From contig NC_042997.1 in NCBI RefSeq assembly GCF_006345805.1, positions 173,042,001 to 173,106,000 of the forward strand: DNA of 64,000 nucleotides, given 5' to 3'. The DNA is from Octopus sinensis (lineage: Eukaryota). The notes beneath the pieces were generated by a model. It worked only from the letters and a program-made list of their open reading frames with translations. It had not been told where the DNA came from and did not search any database. The first letter of the stretch is position 1, and each line of letters begins with the position of its first letter. Positions 1-12,887 of this stretch are shown one piece after another. The position numbers and the translations under genes were made by a program.

Positions 1-365
1 ACATACACAAAAATGCCGGCATGCACACACTCATATATAGTCATTGGAAGAACTACATATTTTTATGGTTTAATGTTCGAGTTCACATGCTCAATAAACG
101 CATGATAGTAATGGTGATAGTTACAAAGAATTAAGTATAGTAGTTAGTCTATGATATATGTGTAAATAAGTAGTCTTTTGTAACTTGTAACAAACACTTA
201 GTGTAGGAGATAGCTATAGGTAGATATTAACCGCTTTCTCCTTGTCTCCTGTAAAGGTTTATGTGACAGAAAGAGATAGTAGCAATCACGGAAAGTGAAT
301 TAGGAAAAACATAGCAGGGAGCATGATCTAGCTTAATATCCACCCTACTAATAATTCAACATATA

Positions 366-406
<41 letters not shown>

Positions 407-529
407 TGTGTAAATACACTCAAGTAAAAAAGGAAATGTAAAAAAAGTTATGTATAATGTGATGGAAACATGAAATCAAACATTTTGAACAGGGGATACC
501 TTTGAAGAGTATAATATTCTTCTGAAATA

Positions 530-760
530 TTAGGCTTCCCAACCAAATGGTCCTGGGTTCAGTACTATTGTGTGGTATTTCACTACAACACCAGGCCAAC
601 CAAAGCCTCAAGAGTGGATTTGGCAGATGAAAACTGACTGAAGTCTATCATGTGTGTGTGTGTGTACATAGATACATCACATAACAAGTGCCTGTGCTAG
701 TGTCACATAAGCACCCAGAAAGTGGATGGCATTAGGAAGGGCATCCATAGAAACCAGATA
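530..760 (+). mobile_element. Decayed tRNA-derived SINE (family A, octopus-type)
   Basis: GCTTCCCAACCAAATGGTCCTGGGTTCAGT head, GTGGATTTGGCAGATGAAAACTGA middle and GGCATTAGGAAGGGCATCC 3' part match other copies in the window. Confidence 0.75.
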
Positions 761-1701
761 AGCCACCTATACCTGGATACAACTCACTCAACAAGAACTC
801 CCTACATGAATGGACCATGACACTACAAAACATGAGTTAAAAAAAGAGTTAGCTAATCCAATCAGATGGTGCTATTAAGTTAGACATGGTCTGGAAAAAT
901 CTTTGGTCAAAACTTATCCAAGTTTTATATTTATATATATATATATATATATACACACACATATTAGAGGGAAACCATTATGTGGACACCCTTATACTAG
1001 AAATAGATCAGTTTTTTTATATGCTAGACCACTGGTGTGAAATCAATGTTAATTAAATTAATATCTAACTTCTCACCCTCATTTTAAATTTATGTATATA
1101 TATATATATAAAATCACACATATTTTTACACATCCACACAAATCATATATATATATATATATATATACATACGCACACTAACACGCGCGCAAATATCAAG
1201 CATGCACATGGCCATGTGGTTAAGAAATTTGGTTCCCACACCTTGATTTAAAGCCGTTTCTTTTAATTTCATTGGAATTATTAAAGTCAACACATATACA
1301 TATAGTCAGAGACACATATATACATTCATATAGATGTACACTGGCTTTAGCAAAAGCCAACATCAGAATCAATACTTGTGTTTCTATAACACTGTTCATC
1401 CTGTCCCACTTGTGTGGTGTGTCAATAAATAAATAATTTAATGTGCTGACCATCACAGTATATATAGCACAATTTGATATTGATCAGAACAGTATGTATT
1501 CATACTTTCTCTATCATGTTCACCCCCCCCCCCCATCTGCATTCCCTTGCTGACATCAGTGTGTAAGAAATACTGTTACTGGCTTCAGGTAGAATGAAAA
1601 GTAAAGGTGAAAAGAAAATTTCCGATAGCTAACAGGGTGAGAGAAAGTGAGAAAGTGTGTGTGTATGTGAATAATGTACACATTCATGCATGCATTCTAA
1701 T

Positions 1702-2012
1702 ACAATATTTACATTATTTACAATTGACGGATATTTGTCCTCGTCCTGTTTGTTGTTAACACAAGGTTTCGGCTGATATACCCTCCAGCCTTTATCAGGT
1801 GTCTTGGGAAAATTTTCAAACCTGGGTTCTCATTCCTAAGGTATTTTTCAATGTTTTTGCTGTTATTATTATTATTATTCAGGTCACTGCCTGGAATCGA
1901 ACTCGGAATCTTGGGGTTAGTAGCCTTCATTCTTAACCACTAAGCCAAGATGAGGACAAATATCCGTCAATTGTAAATAATGTACATAATTCCTCATCTC
2001 TTAAATATAGAA
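1702..2012 (-). mobile_element. tRNA-headed retroelement with Penelope-like 3' part and 33-bp inverted repeat; 12-bp TSD
   Basis: Perfect IR 1710-1742/1952-1984; tRNA A/B-box-like head on minus at ~1875-1946; TSD ATGCATTCTAAT at 1690-1701 and 2013-2024. Confidence 0.75.
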
Positions 2013-2267
2013 ATGCATTCTAATGTCTTGTATCTGTAAATGTTTGTGTTGTTTATTTAACCATATATCGACTTTAACTGAAGAGATTTACAATCAAAGA
2101 AATTCTAGTCATGACCACCTTGTCAGAGATCAGTTGTTCAATATGTCCATTTTCTATTTAAGATGCTAGGGTATGTTTGAGAGAAATATGCTTGTTATTT
2201 GCTAGGAGGTTGGTCTACCATGTAAATTTTCCATCATTGGCATGAATTGTTGTTATTATTATTATTA

Positions 2268-2955
2268 AGGCAGTGAGCTGGCAGAATTATTAGCATGCCG
2301 GGCGAAATGCTTCGTGGTATTCTGTCTTTATGTTCTGAGTTCAAATTCTACCAAGATCGACTTTCCATTTCATTCTTTCCATGTTGATAAATTATGTACC
2401 AGTGAAACACTGGGGTCGATGTAATCAACTAGTCCCCCCCCCCAAATTTCATGGCCTTGTGCCTTCAGTAGAAAGGATTATTATTATTATTATTATTAAG
2501 ACAGCAAGGTGGCAGAATCGTTAGCCACTCAGGGTGAAATGCTTCATCCATCTTCACATTCTGAGTTTAAATTTCGCCATGGTGGACTTTGCCTTTCATC
2601 CTTCCAGGGTTGATAAACTAAGTGTCAGTTGATTATGTTAATCCCAGTTGAACACTGGGATTAACATAATCAACTAATCACCTCCCCCAAAATTGCTGTC
2701 CTTGGGGTAAAAATTTCAAACCATTATTATTATTATTATTACTATTATTATTATTATTATTATTATTGCTGTTAAGGTGGCAAGCTAGCAGAATTGTTAT
2801 CATGTCCAGCAAAAGGCTTAGAGCATTTTACTCCTCCTTTACATTCTAGTTTCAAATTCCGCCCAGTTGACTTTGCCTTTCTTTCTTTCATTGATTAATA
2901 AAATAAATACTGATTCTATTTAAACAACTAACCCCCTCCCCACCAAGTTTCAAGC
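2268..2955 (+). mobile_element. Three tandem SINE family B copies (Meta-domain-like core) separated by (ATT)n
   Basis: Repeated GGCAGYGAGCTGGCAGAAT...TTCTGAGTTCAAATT...CTTTGCCTTTCATCC...GATAAA motif starting at ~2268, ~2500 and ~2775. Confidence 0.85.
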
Positions 2956-3368
2956 CATCATCAACATCATTATTATAGTAGTGGTAGTAGCAGCAGAGGT
3001 GGGAACTCTAAAGCACTAACCAGACTTGTGTGTTTGTACATAAATATATTAAGCTTATTTCGTTTTTATGTAAATTATTTGTGAAAGTGTTTAGCTGTAT
3101 GTAATACACCTAGAAATGCAAATTACAAGTAAAATATTGTGATAAATATATGTACAACACAGACATGACAGTTCTTGATGTACTTACAAATATTTATTTA
3201 GTTAATTACATTATGGCATCACTTTGCCTTTTATTACATGAGAAATTGATAAGTACCAGTCATACACAACTGAATGTTCCTTTTCCTTCTAGCTTACCCA
3301 TTTATGTTACAAGTGAATGAAGTTACTGAGTTAGCTAGAAACAACAGTCAAGAACATATCCTACTACC

Positions 3369-3594
3369 TTAACCCTCTAATATTTAAGATGGCCTTATCT
3401 AGCTCAAATATTCTATCAGTTTCATGCTTAGCTTGACCAGATTTGACCTCTCATATTTATCCTACAATGTTATTCAAAAAATGATCTTATTAATATCTCA
3501 AAGCTATAAGATGGCGCATAGTTAAACAAAACAAAGTCAATTAATAATCTTTGTATTTGACAGAGTCGCCTGAAAGCAAAAATAAAAGGGTTAA
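3369..3594 (+). mobile_element. piggyBac-type MITE (family P2)
   Basis: TTAACCCT...AGGGTTAA ends with TTAA TSD; homologous to 44103-44326 and 61705-61933. Confidence 0.8.
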
Positions 3595-3724
3595 AAAACA
3601 AGAAAGGGCACAGCAGATAAAAAGGACAAAACTGTTGCAGCTGGAACATCTGAGAGTGAAAGTTGGCTGGATTAGGGGCTATGTTACTAAACAACTTTGC
3701 TACTGCCATCACCATCACTACCAC

Positions 3725-4075
3725 CACCATCATTTTTATGTCCACTTTTCCCTGCTTGCATGAGTTAAATGGAATTTATTAAGGCAGCTTTTCCATGGCC
3801 AAACATCCTTCCTCTTACCAATCCTTACCTGTCTTCAAGTAAGGTATTTCCCATGGCCAGATGTTTTTCATGGAAGACTAAAAATAACACCTTGATGCAT
3901 ATTCACAATCATCACATGATGTCAAAACAAGAACACATACACACTCACACACACACACGTTTATGATAAGCTTCCTTCAGTTTCTGTCTACCAAACCCAC
4001 TCCCAAAGATTTAGTAGAAGACACTTGCCCAAAGTGCTATACAGTTGGATTTCCCAACTAAATGGTTGGAACATC
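3725..4075 (-). mobile_element. Decayed SINE family A
   Basis: CAGTTTCTGTCTACCAAACCCAC...AGAAGACACTTGCCCAAAGTG is the reverse complement of the family core; (CAT/CAC)n tail. Confidence 0.75.
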
Positions 4076-4659
4076 TACATATGCATGCAGAAAAAGGACA
4101 GTCATTATAGAATGGTGAAGAATTGACCACTGTTTTGTAGAGAAATTACTTCCTAGGTATATGATAGAACACTTAACTTGATTCTTTACCATTTTAGTTA
4201 CAACATATGCACAAAAGTAAATAGGTTCGCAAAAATGAATTTGAGCAAAAATTAAGATTTTTCTAAGTGTGAAATTATTTAAAGAATAAAAGACAAAGAG
4301 AATTTAACTCAGAAACTAACACATCATCAATCACTATTACCATGACAAGTAGTATAAAAAATTTACAAAAATTACCTCCTTAAAGTTATTCCTGTGTAAT
4401 AAGGCGGTGTGTGTGAGTGTGTGTGTGTGTGTGTGTAAGTGTGTTAACAACAGGGCTCCTAAAATAAACCAATATAGACTGGATTTTGAAAGAAGGCCTT
4501 TGGTTTTGTATTCTGGTTAGACAACAACTAGCTTGTTAAAAGTGCTTATAGCTGATGTGCGTGTAACATTTACAGGCAAAAAAGTTATTCTGAAATTTGC
4601 AGCAAATTTAAACACAGTTTGTATAATCCAAGTTTATTTGTACTACTTAAGAGACCATC

Positions 4660-4945
4660 ATACGTTGCTAATGGTTTGAGACGGGGTTATATTTAAGAGG
4701 CATCTCTGTTAAGATTCTGAGTGGTATCTGTTGCTAATATTTTGAGAGATGCCTGTTGCTAATGTTTAGCAAGGATATGTTTGAGAAGTATCTATTGCTA
4801 ATATTTTGAAAAGTTATGTTGACAATGTTTGAGAGATATTTGTTACTCTATGTGGTTTTGTCTGGTTATTTCTGAGGGTCATCAGTTCCTAATGTTTGAG
4901 GTGTTATGTTTGCAAGGTACTTCTTGCTAACATTCGAAGGCCTAA
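4660..4945. repeat. Degenerate minisatellite, ~23-40 bp unit (TTTGAGAGGTATCTGTTGCTAAT-like)
   Basis: Recurring GTTGCTAAT and TTTGAGA motifs, roughly 8-10 times. Confidence 0.7.
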
Positions 4946-5179
4946 GTTTGAATAAGTGCTTCAGCAACTAATGCTACTCTTCAGTTTAGTTATTGATTAA
5001 ATTCCAGTAACGAATTATTGCAAAAAAATATTTTAAATTGCATACACACAAGCTTACACACAAATGCTTGTAAAAGTACGTAAAAATGAAATATAAATAA
5101 CAGGAGTCGGTTATTGGTGAGGAGGGGTGGAGAAACTGAGCAGTAAGTACAGTAGGGTCGAACGTGTAAATCTTGTATC

Positions 5180-5568
5180 TTTTATTTGTTTCAGTCATTA
5201 GGCTGTGGCCATGCTGAGACACTGCCTTGAACAATATCAATCAAATGAATCAACCCTAATACCTATTTTTAAGCCTGATACATATTCTATCAGTTTCTTT
5301 TGCCGAGCTGCTAAATTACATGGATGTAAACAAACCAACACTGGTAGTCAAGCAATGGTGGAAGACAATCACAAAGACACACTCACACACAAGCAAGCAA
5401 ACACACCATAGGCTTCTTTCAGTGTCCATCTACCAAATCCACTCACAAGGCTTTTGTTGGCCCAGGGCTATAGCAGAAGACATTCAACAAGGTGCAGTGC
5501 AGTGAGATTGAAACCAAGGCAGTATAGTTGGGAAGCAAATTTCCTAATCACAGAGTCATGCCTGCACC
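5180..5568 (-). mobile_element. SINE family A, near full length
   Basis: TGTTTCAGTCATT...TGGCCATGCTG tail, CTACCAAATCCACTCACAAGGC core, tRNA-like head at ~5500-5565. Confidence 0.85.
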
Positions 5569-5898
5569 CTGTAAGCTCTGCTTGTGTCTATGTTTAAAAA
5601 GAAAAACTAATTAAGAAATTTACAATAATTGCACAAAAAGTATTTCAAAATAAGACATTGTGGCAGATTAAATTATTTTTCAGGAACAAGCTTTAGTAAA
5701 TTATAAGTTATCTACCAGAAATATGGGAAAGAGCCTTCAGTAGAACAGAAAGGAACACATACACATTGACCAGAAATTGCTCGCTACATTTTAATATTAC
5801 CCTCTTCAACGGCAACTGATAATATTTTCTTCCTTCTAGGATGACTGAAGAATCTGTCTATAAATATTATCATTCTGGGAAAAAAGCATTATGAAAAG

Positions 5899-5941
<43 letters not shown>

Positions 5942-6118
5942 CTAAAACCAGAAGTATTCCAGTAAGCAGTATGTTACTTGCTTTAATCACTGCTATTATA
6001 AACTAGAGATGGGCAGACTAGATAATTCCTTGTAAATGGTTTATATGTGAGGGTAATGGAATTAAATAGGGAACAGAGTCTCTGTATATATAAATATATA
6101 TATACATATATATTATAG

Positions 6119-6356
6119 ATCATCGTTTAACGTCCGCTTTCCATGCTAGCATGGGTTGGACGGTTCAACTGGCAAGCCCGAAGGCTGCACCAGGCCAGTC
6201 AGATCTGGCAGTGTTTCTACAGCTGGCGTTAGGAAGGGCATCCAGCTGTAGAAACACTGCCAGATCTGACTGGCCTGGTGCAGCCTTCGGGCTTGCCAGA
6301 CCCCAGTTGAACCGTCCAACCCATGCTAGCATGGAAAGCGGACGTTAAACGATGAT
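6119..6356. repeat. Fold-back inverted duplication of a SINE 3' end (108/115-bp arms, 15-nt loop)
   Basis: 6119-6226 is the reverse complement of 6242-6356 apart from a 7-nt indel. Confidence 0.95.
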
Positions 6357-6566
6357 GATGATGATGATGATGATAAAGGGAAGAAAGGCCATAAGGAAAA
6401 TGAGTAAGAAATAGTTCACCCTTTGGTTTATGTAAAACCCCTTATATGCATATACACACATATATAGATACATATACAACACACATGACACCTGTCCATT
6501 CATGACCAACAAAGACCATCCTTGATAATTACATACATTGTGCACCGAGACAAACTTATACTTTAG

Positions 6567-6985
6567 GCACAAGCATGGCTATGTGGTAAGAAGTTCGCTT
6601 CCCAACCATACGGTCTTAGGTCTTAGGTTCAGTCCCACTGTATGGCAACTTGGGCAAGCATCTACTATACACAGGTTGACCAGAGCCTTGTGAGTGGATT
6701 TAGTAGGCAGAAACTTTAAGAAGACAGTCATATGTGTGTGTGTGTGTCTTTGTATCTAAGTTTGTCCCTCACCACCACTCGGCAGCTAGTGTTGGCATGT
6801 TTATGTTCCTGTAACTTAGTGATTCAACAAAAGAGATCAATAGAATAAGTGACAGGTTTTAACATAAAAAAATAAATAAATAAAATAAAATAATAAGTAC
6901 TGGGACTGATTCATTCAACTAAAAATTCAAGGTGGTGCACCAGCATGGCCACAATCTAATGACTGAAACAAGTAAAAGAGATGAA
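6567..6985 (+). mobile_element. SINE family A, full length
   Basis: GGCTATGTGGTAAGAAG head, CTTGGGCAAG CORE-like motif, ATGACTGAAACAAGTAAAAG 3' end. Confidence 0.85.
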
Positions 6986-6994
6986 AGAAATATG

Positions 6995-7044
6995 TAAACA
7001 CACACATATACATACACATTACATATATACATATACACACACAT

Positions 7045-7080
<36 letters not shown>

Positions 7081-7413
7081 CATACATATATATACACATA
7101 CCTACATATTTACATACATACATACATGCATATTTATATATATATATACATACATATATATTTATATACATACATACATATATATACATACATACACATA
7201 TATACACATACATATATATATATACACACATACATATTTATATATACACACATACATATTTATATATATATACATACATACATACATGCATATTTATATA
7301 CATACATACATACATGCATATTTATATACATACATACATACATGCATATTTATATACATACATACATACATGCATATTATATACATACATACATACATGC
7401 ATATTTATATATA

Positions 7414-7472
<59 letters not shown>
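6995..7472. repeat. Compound (TA)n/(TACA)n/(CATA)n microsatellite
   Basis: Direct inspection; includes higher-order TACATACATGCATATTTATA units. Confidence 0.95.
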
Positions 7473-7475
<3 letters not shown>

Positions 7476-8884
7476 GCACCAATATAACATATTGATCAGC
7501 TGGCATTAGTGTCAGGTCATGGAGACACCATGTAACAAGAACTGGGTATGGAATATGGAGGACAAAGAGAGAAAAAAATGTGAATGCCCCGCAGGAAGGT
7601 AAAAGAGAAACAGATGATGTGGGGCTTATTTAGGTTGTTTTTCTTTTCTTTTTTTTAAGAAATATTGGGACTTAAAGGGATATAAAAACAATTAAGGAAT
7701 TGATTACAACAACAATAATAATAGCCATAATGTTTTTGAGAAACTGAGTGTATAGGGATTTTGGTGTTAAGATAATTTTATAGAGAATGGGTTTAAAGGA
7801 AGCAGCCAAAATCATTTATAAAATATGTCTCTGTTGGATACTTAAGCAAAGCAATCTGTTGATGCAGACAGAAAGTTGTATTAACTGTAATGACATTAAG
7901 AAAAAGACAATCCCAACAGGATTAGAGAGCATACATAGCTCCTAGCATTATTCGGCCTAACAGAAAATCCATCTTATAGTACGAGTTTTATCTCCAATAG
8001 GTTTAATGTGACTTTTACGAAAAAGAAATTTTTGTTCCTCAAACATTGAAAGATGAGAAGCCACCAATATATTCAAGAGATCAAAAATGTGAATGAAAAG
8101 TAAATGTTTTGGTATTATGGAATATCAAAGCAAAAATATAGTAAAAATAACACTAAAATTTTAACTTTTCTAAACAGGAAAATCATATAAAATAAAAATA
8201 AAGGAAAATAAAATGAAAAAAAAAAAGCATTCTTCTATGAATGCTGAAGGACAATGAGATTTAAAATAAAAGAGAATCTTTTGAATAAAATAAAATAGAT
8301 GTTGGCAATTTTGTGTATTAACTTTTCTTTTTTATTTTTCTTTTGTGTATGTGTGTGACTTAAACCACAAATACTTTAAACCACAACAACATGAAGTATT
8401 GCAGAGACTAATAGATTAAAAGTATATGGATTTTTTAAAAAGTTGTTGTTATTGTTGCCGTTATCATCATCATCATCATCATCATAGTCGTCATCATCAT
8501 CATCATGACTGGACTTCTTTCCAGCCATCTACATTACATGATGGTTACATTGTTTTGAATTAATGGAATCTGAAGGAAGGAGTGAGGTGGGGGGGGGGAT
8601 AAAAGAAGAAGTGATATGAAAGAAACTAACAGTGCACACATAGACTTCCCACAATCGTGTGTGTGCATATGTGTGCGTGCATATGTGTGTGTGCGCATGA
8701 GTGATAGAGAGAGAAAGGTAATATGAACATCAAATTTATTAGAAGTGGAGAGAATAAGTGAATCTACTAATTCTTGATTAAATGTCTGAGATGAGTTATT
8801 GTTAATAAGATTATAATTTTTCGGACTATTAACCTCGTCTTTAGAGATGAAGCACTTTTTAATCATCATCATCATCATCATTGT

Positions 8885-9120
8885 GATTTAATGACTATTT
8901 TCCATGCTGGCATGGGTTGTACAGCTTGACAGGAGCTGGCAATCTGGAGGGCCGCACCAGGCTCCCCCCAGTGGCCTATTTTGGCATGGTTCTTATGGCT
9001 GGATGCCCTTCCTAATGTCAACCAATTTACAAAGTGTACAGTGGTGCTTTTTTACATGGCATCGGGATGGGTGCGTTTCATATGGCTCTGGCATGGGTGC
9101 TTTTTATGTGGCACCAGCAT
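8885..9120 (-). mobile_element. SINE 3' portion with (GAT)n tail
   Basis: TTTCCATGCTGGCATGGGTT...GCTGGATGCCCTTCCTAATG matches the 22345 and 59477 copies. Confidence 0.75.
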
Positions 9121-9333
9121 AAGTAGGCATCTTATTCCTGGTTATGTACATCATGCAAAACCTTTTTTACTAGAGAAGACTGAGGATAAGAACGTTGCTG
9201 CTGCTACTACTAGTTTAAAAATTAAGGTTCCTTATACAAATTCAGTTTGATACTATTTACATATCTGGGAACAAGACATTTGCTGATGATAATGATGCTT
9301 GGAGATCAAACTGATTAAAACATTAGTGTAGAT

Positions 9334-9643
9334 TAGTGGTTCCCAAAGTGGACAGTATTACCCCTCTGGAAGCGGTGGAAAGTTCCAAGGGGGTGTTGAA
9401 GGAAAGGGAGGCGATAATGGGGTAGCGATTCAAGTAAAAAAGTGGGGTGATAATGGGGTAGTGATTCATGTAAAAACCACAAAATAATGGGTTCAGTAGG
9501 TTAAGTTTTATTTGTGAAATACAGTTGCTTTGAATTTGCTTCAGAAAGAGGTCTATGTTTATGATGGTTAGTTGGGGATGGGCGCTAGGAATGTGGCCTA
9601 GGTGTCAAGGGGACGGCAGCCCGACAATATTTGGGAACCACTG
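9334..9643. mobile_element. hAT (Charlie-like) MITE with 8-bp TSD
   Basis: TIRs TAGTGGTTCCCAA / TTGGGAACCACTG; TSD GTGTAGAT at 9326-9333 and 9644-9651; internal ~35-bp tandem duplication. Confidence 0.9.
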
Positions 9644-10689
9644 GTGTAGATATACTTTAATTCTGGCACAAGGCCAACAACTTTTAGGTGAGAGACCCCC
9701 CCGCCCCGTGATCAACTAATACCCCACTATATTGACCCTGAAAAATGAAAGATAAGGTTGACCTCAGCAACATTTGAACTCAGAAGGTAACAAGCTAAAG
9801 GAAATGTCACTAGACATTTTGTCTGGTGCAGTAATGATTTTGCTGGATAACTGCCTTCTATTGGTGTATATAGTAAGAAAAGAAAAAAAAAAAACCAAAA
9901 AGCATTTCATATTTCTAAACACGGTAATTAGTCTGAAAAATTATAATCATAGTATTAATTGTTATAGTTAATAATAAAACATATTTTCAAAAACATCTGC
10001 TCCTTGCCAAGAATGAAAAAAGATGACTTATAAAGAACAATTAACTTCTATTAAGTTCTGTAAATAAGAAATAATAAAATGTCATATTCCAAATAGTGGG
10101 AAAACAATGTCGATTAAAGCGAGAAAATAAAATTCTTAAGACCATAAAGAAAATACTCGGCTGTCCCTCCCCACCACCGCTTAATTTGGAAATGACAAAA
10201 CTGAAATTAACTGAAGAATGAATTATTGGAAAGTGAATATGTTGTTATATATTAATTGAAGAGTTGATTAAAAGAAGGGATATGGTTATGCACATACATC
10301 AACCAGAAGAAAACAAACAAATAATTTTAAAAGTTTGTTAAAATTAAAACTGGAAATAATAAGAAAAAAATGGTGGTACCCCAGCATGGCTTAAGACATG
10401 ATAGCTAAAACAAATTAAAGAATTAAAAATGAAACAAGTAACATTATGCTGGGAACAGGGCTGCGATGATGGTAAAAGTGGTGATGGTGGCGATTGGGAT
10501 GGTGGTTGTGGTTGTTATTTGAATGGTACATATATTTTTATAGTTATTTGTCAATCATCTTTAGTAAATTTGGAAGTGAAGTTTTAAGGATAGGGAGCGG
10601 TAGAAGTCAGGAATGGATGTGTAGAGTCTACTATTACTGTGTCTAATGTGACCTGCTGCACTAAGCACTCTTATTAGAGTCATAAGCTG

Positions 10690-10800
10690 TGATTTGCAGA
10701 ATGTGATGAATTACCGTGGTCTCAGGAATAAAGCCAATCTTCTCCGTTGCAACTTTGGCAACAATCAAATTGTAGCTGTGCCAGATGATAAATTCTGAGG
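10690..10800 (+). pseudogene. Possible decayed LINE APE-endonuclease N-terminus
   Basis: Frame reads DLQNVMNYRGLRNKANLLRCNFGNNQIVAV, resembling the N-x-R-G-L APE motif; short and interrupted. Confidence 0.3.
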
Positions 10801-11079
10801 ATCTTGATAGTTTAAGATTACTTAATACTAGTTGGCCTGCAAGAGACTGCATCATTGCTCTGTCCTGGTTCTCTTTAGTTAGCAGAAAAAGGAAGTGCCA
10901 AACCTTTGTACAGTTTGAAGAGAAATTTGAAGAAAGTGGCAGATCTTTTATAGCCTGAATATGGAGGAATGGTTGCTGCTCAGTTTAGAGATACACTCTT
11001 TATATAATTGAGAAAGAGTGGTTGTTTACTAGTACCATACCAGTCCTTTTCCAGCAGATTTATAACCAAAGGAGTGAAG

Positions 11080-11290
11080 GTGCTAGGCTTAGTGGTTAGG
11101 GTGTTGCACACATGATTGTAAAATCATGGTTTCAATTCCTGGACTGGGTGGTGTATCGTGTTTTTGAGCAAAACACTTCATTACACATTGCCTCAATTCA
11201 CTCGACTGTAAACGAGTAACCTTGCAATGGACTGGCATTCCATTTAGGAGAAATTGTGATCTTGGTCTTACACATACCATGGAAACTGGC
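11080..11290 (+). mobile_element. tRNA-derived SINE with V-domain-like segment
   Basis: GGCTTAGTGGTTAGGG...GGTTTCAATTCC head; CTTGCAATGGACTGGCATTCC motif; the head is shared with 52441. Confidence 0.7.
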
Positions 11291-12073
11291 TAACCAGCCC
11301 TACAAGTCCAAGGACCCAAAAGACAGTACTTTATGACGAAAGGTGTTCAAACCATAATGCTTTTGTCCTTTTTTTTTTGTATATATAAAACTGAATTGTT
11401 TAAAGTCTACTTTGTTTTAAAGACAACTTTAAAATGAAGGGTAATTTAATTGCCATTTGTAGAAGGTTCACAAACCAGAGAACCTTCTACAGGTACATTA
11501 TATGTGATGCAGAAATAGTAGTTTTTATTGGAAGCAGAAAAATCTTCAAATTATGAAGTCCAAATAATGATCGCTGTTGTTTATGCTCAAGTGAAACTTG
11601 ATTTCTGATAAAGAAGACCTATGATCAAAGCATTTCAACCATGACCATCCCCTTATATGCCTGATTATAATGTCTATTTTAGAGAAACAAGGTGTTTCAC
11701 AACCTAAACCAAGACATACCACAGATTTATTTTCACCTGGTGAAGCCAAAAAAGGTGAAACTTTGAAGTCATACCTGTCAATTTTTTCCATGTAAAAAAA
11801 TAAAGCTGATACTCTACTTAAATATATTGTGTAATCCTTCAATAAATCTTTGTTTTTATAGATGGCAATACATAAACATCATCATCATCCACACACACAA
11901 ATACACATATAAAGATCAATAAATGGATATGTAGAGAGAAAGATAGAGGAAGACAGATAGATATGTATATACAGGAAGATTATATATATGTGCTAATACA
12001 GTCTCGATTTAACTAAAAATAACCTTGAACTTCTTAAAAGTTAAACAACAAACAAATAAAACTATACATATAC

Positions 12074-12121
<48 letters not shown>

Positions 12122-12887
12122 TATATAAAGTAAAAAAATAAAAATTCTAAAATATATCTTAAAATCTTTTTTAAACTCTTGTCAAATTTCTTTAGCTGCT
12201 GCAAATATAAGTATAAATCAATCAGTCAAGAAGAGACAACTGATTCTATACAAGTTTTTATTTATTATTAAAAAAAAAAAATTTTTAATGGATTTTCAAC
12301 TTCCGTTTCGTTATATTCATTTTAACCTGTGCAAGAAAGCTTTTGAAAGACCGTTTGAAGTTTAGATTGAAGTGCCTCTTAAAATTATAGCTTATATATA
12401 TATGACCCATGTAATACTTGCTGTTACCAAATTAACAATAACAACTTATAATACAGCTAGCTAGTTAGTTATGATATTCAGATTGAATTTAAAACAAGTC
12501 TTTTATTTAGATTGTTTGATTAAGAAAAATCATATGATGTTGGAAATTAATCTGTAGACAAATCTTTGGATAGAGTAGCAAGAATATTGGCAATTTAGTT
12601 AATGCACAGGACACAATAGTCTAATATTTGTAGTAACAGACAAATAAGAGATCTAGTTGGGCAGATTTAACTGTAATAGACCTAACTGCTGTTGGTTTAT
12701 AAGGTGTCTACACAGGTGTATCTTTCAATTATGACATTACTGGTTCTTGCTTAGATTTTGACTTAATGGAACAGCAAATAATGTATTAGAAATAAAGTCT
12801 AATAATTATTCAGTTGTTTATTTCAACATACCTACTAACATTAATCAGCTAGGAATATTATCTTTTCATGAATCTCACAAGAGTTAT

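Noticed and set aside
7019-7509. Long YI/HT/CV-rich ORFs (also at 27.4, 35.9, 55.4 and 62.3 kb)
   Set aside because: Translations of TA/CA microsatellites
11720-11774. Minus-strand exon YDFKVSPFLASPGENKSV
   Set aside because: The acceptor is preceded by a purine-rich tract and it adjoins a decayed repeat
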